From: a virus
Taxonomy: Duplodnaviria > Caudoviricetes
Direction: 5' to 3' (one strand)
Length of the DNA: 38,326 nt
IMG/VR virus record: IMGVR_UViG_3300048851_000185
Location: 1 to 38,326 of that record
A program made the position numbers and the translations under genes. The notes below the pieces were generated by a model, which was not told the DNA's origin, did not search any database, and saw only the letters and a program-made list of their open reading frames with translations. Of this stretch, positions 19,102 to 26,465 are shown piece after piece (the stretch's first letter is position 1; the number at the start of each line of letters is the position of its first letter).

Positions 19102-20593
19102 GCGATGTTACTCCGGTGGTTATGGTCCCGCCCGAGCCGCGCTGTGCGGCCGGTTTGGCTAACTGGGCAGGCGAGAGAGGATCGCCGAGGAACGCGAGTC
19201 CGAGATCCTTTTGCGCCTTGGTGTCGTCGCCGACCTCCTTGAGGTGGGTCTCAAAATCCTGACCGCGCTCGTTGACCTTCTCGCGCCGACTGGAAACGCC
19301 GATCTGCATCTCCAGCAGGTCGGCCTTGGCATCGTCGAGACGGCTGATCGTCTGGAAGGGCGGTGGCGTCCACTTCATCTCGGGGAAGCGGGCGCCGTGA
19401 CGGCCTGAGCCGAGCCCAGCCTCACACCATGCGTCCCAGACCCAGACGAGCAAGCGGGGGATGAGCCCCAGCCACTGGAACGCGCCGATCGACAACTTGA
19501 ACTCGTTGGCGCCCGCTCGGTAACTGGAGAAATTGACGTTCGAGAGGTCGCCGGTGACACCCTCGTACGTGACCTGCGCGCCGGCCGCTATGCGGAGACC
19601 GCCCCAGCGCAGATAGTCGGTAAGACCGCCGGCCGCCTTCGGTTCGCCGAACGACATCCGCTCTCCGGGCTGCCCGTAGCTGATCATGCCCGGATAGAAG
19701 GACTCGACGCGGGCTTCCTGACCGTCACCGACCGGCATGCCCACGCTCGATTTTTGACCGACCGTGAACTCTTCGTCGCCAAGGTTCTGCGCGACAAAGC
19801 CGACGAAGCAGCTTTCCATCCGCTTGCGGACGCCTTCGGCTTCCAAATAGTCGTCGATCCCATCCAGTGCGTCGATAACCGGCTCGAAGTGCGACGACCC
19901 GCGCCATTGGCCGGGCTCGTCACGCACGAACAGGTGTTTGACGTGCTTGGTCTCAATTCGCTCAGAATTGGCCGGATCGAAGCTATCGACATCCTCGAGC
20001 GACTTGCGAAACCAGTATGCGACCGGTCGACCGCTGACATATTCGATGCCGTGACGGATGTTTTCGCCGGTTTTGCCCGTGTCGAGCTGGTCGACGCTCA
20101 AAACCTGAAGACGCAGGGGATTGACCTGCGTGCTGGACGCATCGATCCGCTTGACGATGAACACTTCGCCATCGAGCAACCAGGTACGAACGATCAGGCG
20201 CTGAAGCGCGTAGAAGTCCTCCACGCCGTCCCAGTCGCAAACCTTGGTCCACGCGTTCCAGGCCTTCAGGAAGCTCGGGCTCTTTACCGGCGACCCGGTT
20301 ATGCCAAACCCAACAATATTGTTCAGCAGACTACCCATCGCCTTACGGGCGAACGGGTTGAGCTTGAAGGTGCGGCGAATCCGATCGCGCGTGAGGCGAT
20401 CCATTGGAGCCGTCTTCGCCGCACGCCCGCGCACGCGGTCGTTCGGATCGTTGACCCGCCAGTTGTCACCGTTGAATCGCTTCTCGGTGCTACGCTGAAT
20501 CGCGTCGATCTGATGCAGCTGCACGCGAGCGCGGGCGCGACGTGCGCCCCACTGCGGCGCAGCCGTGCGGATGGCGCGATCCATCCAGTTCAC
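19091..20593 (-). CDS. Portal protein, lambda family
   Basis: DGEVF, PLRLQVL, GIEY..GRPVAYW, PGQWRG, TGDLSNVNFSSxRAG motifs. Confidence 0.95.
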   Translation of the reverse strand: MNWMDRAIRTAAPQWGARRARARVQLHQIDAIQRSTEKRFNGDNWRVNDPNDRVRGRAAKTAPMDRLTRDRIRRTFKLNPFARKAMGSLLNNIVGFGITGSPVKSPSFLKAWNAWTKVCDWDGVEDFYALQRLIVRTWLLDGEVFIVKRIDASSTQVNPLRLQVLSVDQLDTGKTGENIRHGIEYVSGRPVAYWFRKSLEDVDSFDPANSERIETKHVKHLFVRDEPGQWRGSSHFEPVIDALDGIDDYLEAEGVRKRMESCFVGFVAQNLGDEEFTVGQKSSVGMPVGDGQEARVESFYPGMISYGQPGERMSFGEPKAAGGLTDYLRWGGLRIAAGAQVTYEGVTGDLSNVNFSSYRAGANEFKLSIGAFQWLGLIPRLLVWVWDAWCEAGLGSGRHGARFPEMKWTPPPFQTISRLDDAKADLLEMQIGVSSRREKVNERGQDFETHLKEVGDDTKAQKDLGLAFLGDPLSPAQLAKPAAQRGSGGTITTGVTSHDR

Positions 20594-20802
20594 CGGCGAA
20601 CCATCCGGCCTATGGAGAAACGGTGCCTCGGGCTGACTTGGCTCTCGGCTGCCGCCAGTTCGCCTTTGATGTCGCCACGCAAACGGCGCATTTCATCAAG
20701 GGAATGGAATTCGGTCGAACGACCGTCGGCGAACGTGACTTTCTTGACGCCCGACAGGATCGCGGCGTCGAGCTTGTCGAGGTCTGACTGCTGGAACGCC
20801 AT
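20590..20802 (-). CDS. gpW-like head-tail joining protein
   Basis: 70 aa between terminase and portal; LDAAI-SG...V.F.DGR..EF.SLDEM. Confidence 0.85.
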   Translation of the reverse strand: MAFQQSDLDKLDAAILSGVKKVTFADGRSTEFHSLDEMRRLRGDIKGELAAAESQVSPRHRFSIGRMVRR

Positions 20803-22934
20803 CAGCGCCTCCTTCCTTGAGCCCAGTTCGGCATAGGTTTCACCCACTGCTGACGCTGTTTTTTTTGACGATCGCCGGCCGTTTCGCGCGTCAGCTTGGC
20901 CGGAGGTGAAAGCGGAGCCTCGGGCTCGGGCGAAACGGCCTCAACGACTTCGTTGAGGCGAATATTTGCTTGCAACAGCCCCATAAGAGCGGCGTAAGCG
21001 TACACCCGGCAGTCCAGGGCCTCGTTGGCCTTGCCCTTTGGCAAGTCCCAGACCGTGTAACGTCGACCTGCGGTAACCTTGGTCAGCAGCCGCTCGGCGA
21101 CCAATTGCATATACCAACCCAAATCGCGCTTCGCTTCGAAGTGCATATAGCCGGGACCGGGCTCATCGAGCCCGAGTCGGTTGCGTATAGAGTCCTTGGC
21201 GGCGTTGGTGCCGACGATGATCGGCCGAAACTTCGACTGGCGCTTTGCGCTAATCTTCGTTGCCGGCCAGACCGGCCCACGCTCACCATTCCGCGCGCTC
21301 TGGCCTTTGACAGCCCAAACACGCCGACCGAGGCGCGCTTTAGCAAACGCATAGACCGCCTGCGTGTGGTGACCGCCGGAATCGATACAGGCTGCGGAGA
21401 CGGTGAACTCCCGGCCGTCGGCTCGGGTGAACGTGCGCAGAAGCTCGGCGTCGACGCGCCGCCAGAGCTCTTCGGTTGCCGGGTCGCCGTGGACGACCAC
21501 ATAGTCGAGCGACCAGCTTTCCTCACCATGACCCCAGCCGACGAACTCAATCTCAATCCGGTCATCCTGCGTATCGAGGCCGGCCGTGATTAGCCCGACG
21601 CCGTCAGCTACCTCGCCGGGCCATTTTTCGGCGCGGCGCATCAAGACCTCTCCGGCAATGTCCTTCGCGGCCTGCCGCTTATGCGGTCGACCAAGTTGGG
21701 TATTGTCGAAGGTTACTCGCTTGTCCGGGTCAGCCTTCGCGGCGATCCACTTCTTGGCGATGTTGGCTGGCTTGTCTTTCGGCCAGGGACTGAACAGCTT
21801 CGACGCGGTGAACGACGCGTGCTCATTATCGACCGCCCACCGTCCGCAGTCCGAACACTTCGCCCGGTACACGGCCCAGCGATCGGACGCCCACCAGTCC
21901 CAGACGATGCCGACCGGGTCGGGCGCGTTGTCCCCAGCGACCGGGTCAGCCCATGCGCGGGCATAATCCTCCATCGGATCATGCCGTTTCCCGCAGCAGG
22001 TGAACGGTCTGGTCTGATGCCAGCGCGTGGTTCGCAGCGATATGAGGCGCTGGCCTTCCGACCAGGCTGCCCCGCACGCCTCGCAGTGAATCGCGGCGCC
22101 CGCTGTATTATGTTCACCGGTCTCGTCGTCCGTTTCCCAATGGACGTGCTTGAAGAACTCGAGGAAATTGCGATGGCCGCAGTGCGGGCACTCGACTGAG
22201 GCCTGCCGCTGATCGCCCTCGTTATAACTGGCCTCGATCAGGCTCTCGTCGGCGATCGTCGGTGAACACGCCCGGATCGACAACCAGTTCGCGTAGGTGG
22301 CCATGCGCTCGTCGATGATGTCGAGCGGGTTGCCTTCGCGTGTGATCGGGTACTTATCGACCTCGTCCGCCATGCCGACACGGATCGGTCGGCGGGCAAG
22401 GTTGTCGGGGCTACCTGCCCCGGCCAACGCCGCGAAGCCGCCGGGAAACGACTTGTAGAGCAGCGTCTCGTCAGCGTTCCGCGTCTTGCCCGAACCGAAG
22501 ATCGCCCGGAGCGCCGGGGTGGCGCGGATCAGCGGGGTGATACGCTCCTTAGAGAACTGCTCTGCCGCATCCTCTTTCGGCTGGACGATAAGCATCGGGC
22601 CGGGATCGAGGTGCGCGAAGTAACCGAACGTGTTTTCCAGCAGCGCGGTCTTCATCAACTGCGTGCAGACCATGACGCTGATCTTGTGGACGCCGGGTTC
22701 GGTCACCGCGAGCATCGCGCCGCGAGCAACCTCTACTGTGGACGTCCGCCATTTGCCGGAAGTGCTGCCCGCCTCCTTCGCGAGCCGTCGGAAAGTATCC
22801 GCCCAGTCGCAAACACTGATCCGCGGGGGCGGTGTCCAGCCCTTCCGGGCAGATGCCCGGAGCCGGTCAGCCTTCGCGCTTGCTGGTGAAGTCGGCTTCG
22901 GGGTCCCCAAGGTCGTCAAGCTGCTGATGGACAT
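20802..22934 (-). CDS. Terminase large subunit (GpA family)
   Basis: DEVDKYP Walker B, SPTI, CPHCG, LITAGLDTQDDR, CIDSGGH, NEALDCRVYAYAA; exact start uncertain. Confidence 0.95.
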   Translation of the reverse strand: MSISSLTTLGTPKPTSPASAKADRLRASARKGWTPPPRISVCDWADTFRRLAKEAGSTSGKWRTSTVEVARGAMLAVTEPGVHKISVMVCTQLMKTALLENTFGYFAHLDPGPMLIVQPKEDAAEQFSKERITPLIRATPALRAIFGSGKTRNADETLLYKSFPGGFAALAGAGSPDNLARRPIRVGMADEVDKYPITREGNPLDIIDERMATYANWLSIRACSPTIADESLIEASYNEGDQRQASVECPHCGHRNFLEFFKHVHWETDDETGEHNTAGAAIHCEACGAAWSEGQRLISLRTTRWHQTRPFTCCGKRHDPMEDYARAWADPVAGDNAPDPVGIVWDWWASDRWAVYRAKCSDCGRWAVDNEHASFTASKLFSPWPKDKPANIAKKWIAAKADPDKRVTFDNTQLGRPHKRQAAKDIAGEVLMRRAEKWPGEVADGVGLITAGLDTQDDRIEIEFVGWGHGEESWSLDYVVVHGDPATEELWRRVDAELLRTFTRADGREFTVSAACIDSGGHHTQAVYAFAKARLGRRVWAVKGQSARNGERGPVWPATKISAKRQSKFRPIIVGTNAAKDSIRNRLGLDEPGPGYMHFEAKRDLGWYMQLVAERLLTKVTAGRRYTVWDLPKGKANEALDCRVYAYAALMGLLQANIRLNEVVEAVSPEPEAPLSPPAKLTRETAGDRQKKQRQQWVKPMPNWAQGRRR

Positions 22935-23490
22935 GGACGGTTAGGGCCTCCACGACCTTGTCAGCCTCCATCCCGAGTTCCGCCGCGAGAAGTGGCCCGA
23001 TCCGCGTTGGGAAGTTCATCCAGGCATCGCGCTGGCTGCGCTGGGTTTCGAACAGAACTGCCTCAGCGACCTCGATCTCAACTAGGTGCCCGGCGTCGCG
23101 CCGGGCAGCGAGCAGATGCTTGGCGGCCAGCGCGTTTTCCTTCACCCGCTCCGCTGTTGCGGTGTCGGCGTAGGTCCCGGCAAGGACGTTATCGAGGAAT
23201 CCTTCGATCTCCTCGGCGAAAAGACTTTCGGCCGCTTCCTCGGTTTCGTCGGCTGTCGGTGCGGACACCTTCTTGGTGCGGACACGTGTGCGGACAGTTT
23301 GCGGAATGTCCGCACTGATGTCCGCACGGCGATTCTGTTTCCGCCAGCCCGATCCTGCGAGTGCAGGGTCGAGCTTACCGTCGGGCAAAGTCTTGAGTTT
23401 ACCGGCGGTTAGGGCGCGACGAACCAGCTTGTCGTTGCATCCGTCCAGCCGAGCAAACTCGCGGACGCTGACCCCTACAGGTGCGGACAT
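22867..23490 (-). CDS. Terminase small subunit (gpNu1-like)
   Basis: N-terminal HTH (SVREFARLDGC...VRRAL..G), C-terminal helical region with G-LV motif; upstream of and overlapping terL. Confidence 0.85.
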   Translation of the reverse strand: MSAPVGVSVREFARLDGCNDKLVRRALTAGKLKTLPDGKLDPALAGSGWRKQNRRADISADIPQTVRTRVRTKKVSAPTADETEEAAESLFAEEIEGFLDNVLAGTYADTATAERVKENALAAKHLLAARRDAGHLVEIEVAEAVLFETQRSQRDAWMNFPTRIGPLLAAELGMEADKVVEALTVHVHQQLDDLGDPEADFTSKREG

Positions 23491-23504
23491 TTGACTGCGG
23501 ACAC
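23259..23504. repeat. Array of TGCGGACA repeats (candidate cosB/R-like terminase-binding sites)
   Basis: Direct copies at about 23260, 23277, 23289, 23482, 23496; inverted TGTCCGCA at 23307, 23319. Confidence 0.7.
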
Positions 23505-23533
23505 CTTTCAGACCTCAGAGCTGGGAAACATAC

Positions 23534-23576
23534 ACGCCTTTGCCCCCCGTATTACTTGGGAGGCCGGGAAGGACCC
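23534..23576 (-). other. cos site (cosQ + cosN-like)
   Basis: - strand GGGTCCT-TCCCGGCCTCCCAAGTAATACG-GGGGGCAAAGGC parallels lambda GGGTCCT...TTACG^GGGCGGCGACCT; just upstream of terS. Confidence 0.75.
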
Positions 23577-23657
23577 AAGGATGAGGCGGACTCTTGTCTT
23601 GCAATGCGGCTCCGGGCAGTTTCAAGCGTCCGCGAATCGGCGGGCGGGGAGAATGCA

Positions 23658-23900
23658 ATGGCTTGGTATCAAGACGCCACTCGAGTCCGGCAGTTGACCG
23701 GCGATAAGGACTTCGAGACACTCCATGAGCCCGGGCAAAAGGTACCTCATTCCGGGATCTACATCTGCACTGGTTGTTTGCGGGAGGCGACCTGCAACAA
23801 CGGAGATCCGTTGCCGCCGCAGAACCACCATCAGCATCCTGTTGGTACGCCGATACGTTGGAAGCTGCTCGTATATACGAATACGTACGGCGCTGGCTAA
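23658..23900 (+). CDS. YjzC-like small zinc-ribbon protein (moron)
   Basis: 80 aa; PGQKVPHSGIYxCxxC...PLPPQNHHQH...IRWKL; GGGGAG RBS; opposite to late operon. Confidence 0.8.
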   Translation: MAWYQDATRVRQLTGDKDFETLHEPGQKVPHSGIYICTGCLREATCNNGDPLPPQNHHQHPVGTPIRWKLLVYTNTYGAG

Positions 23901-23929
23901 CTGATGCCGCGGCATAGCCCGCTGCAGAA

Positions 23930-24427
23930 TTAGCCGTGAGCGGCCACCGCCGCTATGGCTGAACAGACCAGCGTAAGAGCGACGGCGGTGAGCGAAGTTC
24001 TCAGCACGTTCGCATTGGCGGCAAGCACGTCTTCGTTGTCCTGGATCATCTCGTCGTAATGGGCGGCCATAGCGCCTCGGTCTTCATGAAGTGTATCGGC
24101 CGAAGATATCTCCCGGAGCCAATCACTGGGGCGATAGCCAGGCATAGACCACTTCAAAGGCTGAGCGCTCCACAACGCGATTAGCGTTCCGAAGCCAAAG
24201 CCAATGACGATGGTGATCAACGATGCCCGCCCGACAGGTGACGAGGGTAGTGAAACCAACGCCGCAATTGCTGCGGCTTCCAGCGTGGCGAGGAAGGAAG
24301 CGAAGGTCATGCCGCGTTGATCGGCGGCAATCGCTACCGTAAGCTGTGCTGCAAGCCGAGTCTCTGCCAGCCGGATGATCTCATCCAGCCGATAGCCCGG
24401 TGCGATGGCATATGGAGACGTTGACAT
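23930..24427 (-). CDS. Three-TM membrane protein (moron)
   Basis: 165 aa from MSTSP; helix ending AADQR, two TMs, soluble loop, helix, final TM; GGAAGG RBS. Confidence 0.7.
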   Translation of the reverse strand: MSTSPYAIAPGYRLDEIIRLAETRLAAQLTVAIAADQRGMTFASFLATLEAAAIAALVSLPSSPVGRASLITIVIGFGFGTLIALWSAQPLKWSMPGYRPSDWLREISSADTLHEDRGAMAAHYDEMIQDNEDVLAANANVLRTSLTAVALTLVCSAIAAVAAHG

Positions 24428-24575
24428 GCAGCCTTCCTTCCACACTGCGCCGACCAAGCCTGAGAAGGGCACGAAGAGCAACACCGAAAAGGTGCAGAAG
24501 CGTGACGGAGGTTTGGCTCAGGACAAAAAGCCAAGGCCTGAGAACCACAAGCCCGATACCAACAAGAAGCACTAG
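24426..24575 (+). CDS. Putative 49-aa Lys/Pro-rich microprotein
   Basis: MQPSFHTAPTKPEKGTKSNTEKVQKRDGGLAQDKKPRPENHKPDTNKKH; GGAG 8 nt upstream; below ORF-track cutoff. Confidence 0.35.
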   Translation: MQPSFHTAPTKPEKGTKSNTEKVQKRDGGLAQDKKPRPENHKPDTNKKH

Positions 24576-24656
24576 GCCCTGTAGTCTTGGCATTGTCACC
24601 CGGCGGATAGGAGCGCAGCCTCTGCTTGCCGCGACTCGCGAGCAGGGGAGAATGAA

Positions 24657-24791
24657 ATGGCAAAGGATAAAGGTCCGCCGAGCTACCGAGATGCCGGCAC
24701 CGGGCACTTCGTGACACCGGGCTATGCGAAAACGCATCCGGGCTCAACGGAGAAGGAGCACAACAGCCCTCCGCCGAAGAAGGGTAAGTAA
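24657..24791 (+). CDS. 44-aa basic microprotein with RDAxTGxFV motif
   Basis: MAKDKGPPSYRDAGTGHFVTPGYAKTHPGSTEKEHNSPPPKKGK; GGGGAG RBS; followed by strong hairpin. Confidence 0.7.
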   Translation: MAKDKGPPSYRDAGTGHFVTPGYAKTHPGSTEKEHNSPPPKKGK

Positions 24792-24803
24792 CCGACCGCT
24801 TCT

Positions 24804-24840
24804 GCGCTGATGGGGCTGGTTAAACCCGCTCCATCAGCGC
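24804..24840. terminator. 13-bp hairpin between convergent small genes
   Basis: GCGCTGATGGGGC...GCTCCATCAGCGC; no clear U-tract. Confidence 0.55.
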
Positions 24841-25010
24841 CCACGTACGGCCGCGCGCAGATCCTGCGCCGCTTGCTCCACGTCCCCGATCAACCGATCA
24901 CTACGGCCATGATGGCGCGACCCACCGGCCATATCCTCAGCGATACGCAGCACTCGCATGCCGATCGCCTCGAGCATGTCAGCGGTGGCGGGTTTGCAGC
25001 GAGCGGGCAT
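24834..25010 (-). CDS. 58-aa hypothetical helical protein
   Basis: MPARCKPATADMLEAIGMRVLRIAEDMAGG...LRAAVRGR; GGAGG RBS; a degenerate paralog lies upstream. Confidence 0.65.
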   Translation of the reverse strand: MPARCKPATADMLEAIGMRVLRIAEDMAGGSRHHGRSDRLIGDVEQAAQDLRAAVRGR

Positions 25011-25183
25011 CCGACCTCCAGAACCGCGTCATCGTTCTTCACGATTGCGCCACATGTCAGCCACATCTGCAGAGCACAGAGCAGTCGGCGATGGTCGACG
25101 ACCTACCGCCGACTTCGTACGATGCTGGGCCGTGCAATCTTTCACACGGACACGCGGTCCAGCTACGAGGATCAAAACATCGC

Positions 25184-25302
25184 TTAGTTCGCGAGTTGCC
25201 CACCGTGACGATGCCCGGAGGCCATGTCCTCGGCCATGCGCAACACACGCCTGCCGATGGCCTTGATGCGGTTGGCAGTGGTCGGTTGAATCCTATTGCC
25301 AC
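25184..25302 (-). pseudogene. Frameshifted, truncated paralog of 24834-25010
   Basis: GGAGG + GTG, then 1-nt frameshift to NRIQPTTANRIKAIGRRVLRMAEDMASGHRHG, stop at 25184. Confidence 0.6.
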
Positions 25303-25378
25303 CGTGCCTCCCCGTAAGGTGCCCGGTAACGGTACCTTAATCGATGTGGGAGCAGGCTCATGTGAGGGGGCGTGCCGA

Positions 25379-25690
25379 ATGAAACGTGAAGTGCTAGACG
25401 CTGATGCATCGGCAGAATGGGACCGCGAGGCGGCTTATCATCTTGGCCGTGCCGCGCAGGAAAGCCGGCTCGCTGCGCGAGCAATCGCACCAGAAGCTCG
25501 TGAGGCTCACACCACGTTAGCGGCGAGGCATTTGGCATTGGCCTCAGTCGCAGAGGAGGTCGCGGAGGAGGTCGATGCCGCGCCTGTCCACAGCTCCAAT
25601 CTATCACAGATTCGATACATCCTGACCTCATCCTTCCCCAAGGCGCAGGATGAGGCCGCGAAAGGGCGTGACGATCAGCCAGATCTCTAA
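25379..25690 (+). CDS. Hypothetical Ala-rich protein (moron)
   Basis: 103 aa from MKREV; GAGG RBS; YH..RA..E...A..A..PEAR.AH..LA.RH pattern familiar from sphingomonad small proteins. Confidence 0.65.
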   Translation: MKREVLDADASAEWDREAAYHLGRAAQESRLAARAIAPEAREAHTTLAARHLALASVAEEVAEEVDAAPVHSSNLSQIRYILTSSFPKAQDEAAKGRDDQPDL

Positions 25691-25804
25691 CATCGTCAGA
25701 AGCGGAGGCCTCTGCGAGTGTACCGGGGAGCGCAAGAGCCGAAGCTCCAGATCGTCTAGCCCCACAACCGCTAAAGGCGGTGGCGTTCCAAAGAACTGAA
25801 CCCG

Positions 25805-25833
25805 CTTATACTCATGCGCGAGCGAGTTGCCAA
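25805..25833 (-). promoter_or_regulatory. pR'-like late promoter
   Basis: TTGGCA-17 nt-TATAAG straddling the stop of the antiterminator gene; followed by hairpins including GAGC-UUCG-GCUC. Confidence 0.55.
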
Positions 25834-26465
25834 GCCTCTACCGTGACGACCAACATGCCGCCGAAGACAACGACTGCAGACCGCCCGTCGCTACTCTCGA
25901 CAACGCCAGTTACGCCGGTGAACGACGGCATGTCCTCGACTGTCACATGCTGACCAGCATCGAAGGTGCCGCGTTCATTTCGCAGTGCCTTGCGCCGCTC
26001 GGCTTCGCTGATCCGCATCGCACGTATGCGCTCGCGCTCGGTCTTCAGCGCCGCCTTGCGAATACGCTCCGCCTCCTCCCGGGTCTCAGCCGCACGGATT
26101 GCTTCGATGACAGCGGAAGCCTCGCGCTCAGCATCCTGCAGCCCGATGACGGAGGCGTTAGCGATCACGGGATAGCGGCCGCCATAACGAAAAACCGAGA
26201 ACTGCGGGTGCGGCGTGATGTCAGCGCAGGCAAGCTGGGCGAGCAGGTACAGGTCCTTGGCGCGGGCGAACACGAACGTCGGCAGGATCGGCGCATCAAC
26301 CTCGATCGTCGGACGCGTGCCATCGAGCCGCGGCTTTACGCCCGCTTTCACCCGCTTCAGGGTTTTACGCGGGCTCCAGGCTTCGAAGCCTGCCTTGGTC
26401 AGCGAGTCCGCCAAAGCCAGCGTGCGACCGCCCGAGGTTCGCAGGATGCACCAGTCACCCGCCAT
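25812..26465 (-). CDS. NusG-paralog transcription antiterminator (late regulator)
   Basis: Start MAGDWCILRT; NGN features (GFEAWSP, PILPTFVFA) and KOW (FDAGQHVTV...FTGVTGVV); lambda Q position. Confidence 0.85.
   Translation of the reverse strand: MAGDWCILRTSGGRTLALADSLTKAGFEAWSPRKTLKRVKAGVKPRLDGTRPTIEVDAPILPTFVFARAKDLYLLAQLACADITPHPQFSVFRYGGRYPVIANASVIGLQDAEREASAVIEAIRAAETREEAERIRKAALKTERERIRAMRISEAERRKALRNERGTFDAGQHVTVEDMPSFTGVTGVVESSDGRSAVVVFGGMLVVTVEAWQLARA

Noticed and set aside
5379-22944. Many long + strand ORFs opposite structural genes (e.g. 9960-10919, 14015-14854, 17071-18108, 19754-20836)
   Set aside because: Antisense shadows of GC-rich coding sequence; no motifs or RBS; fully overlap well-supported genes
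23259-23504. Repeat array as CRISPR or DGR element
   Set aside because: Repeats are 8-10 bp, irregularly spaced and in both orientations; no cas or reverse transcriptase gene
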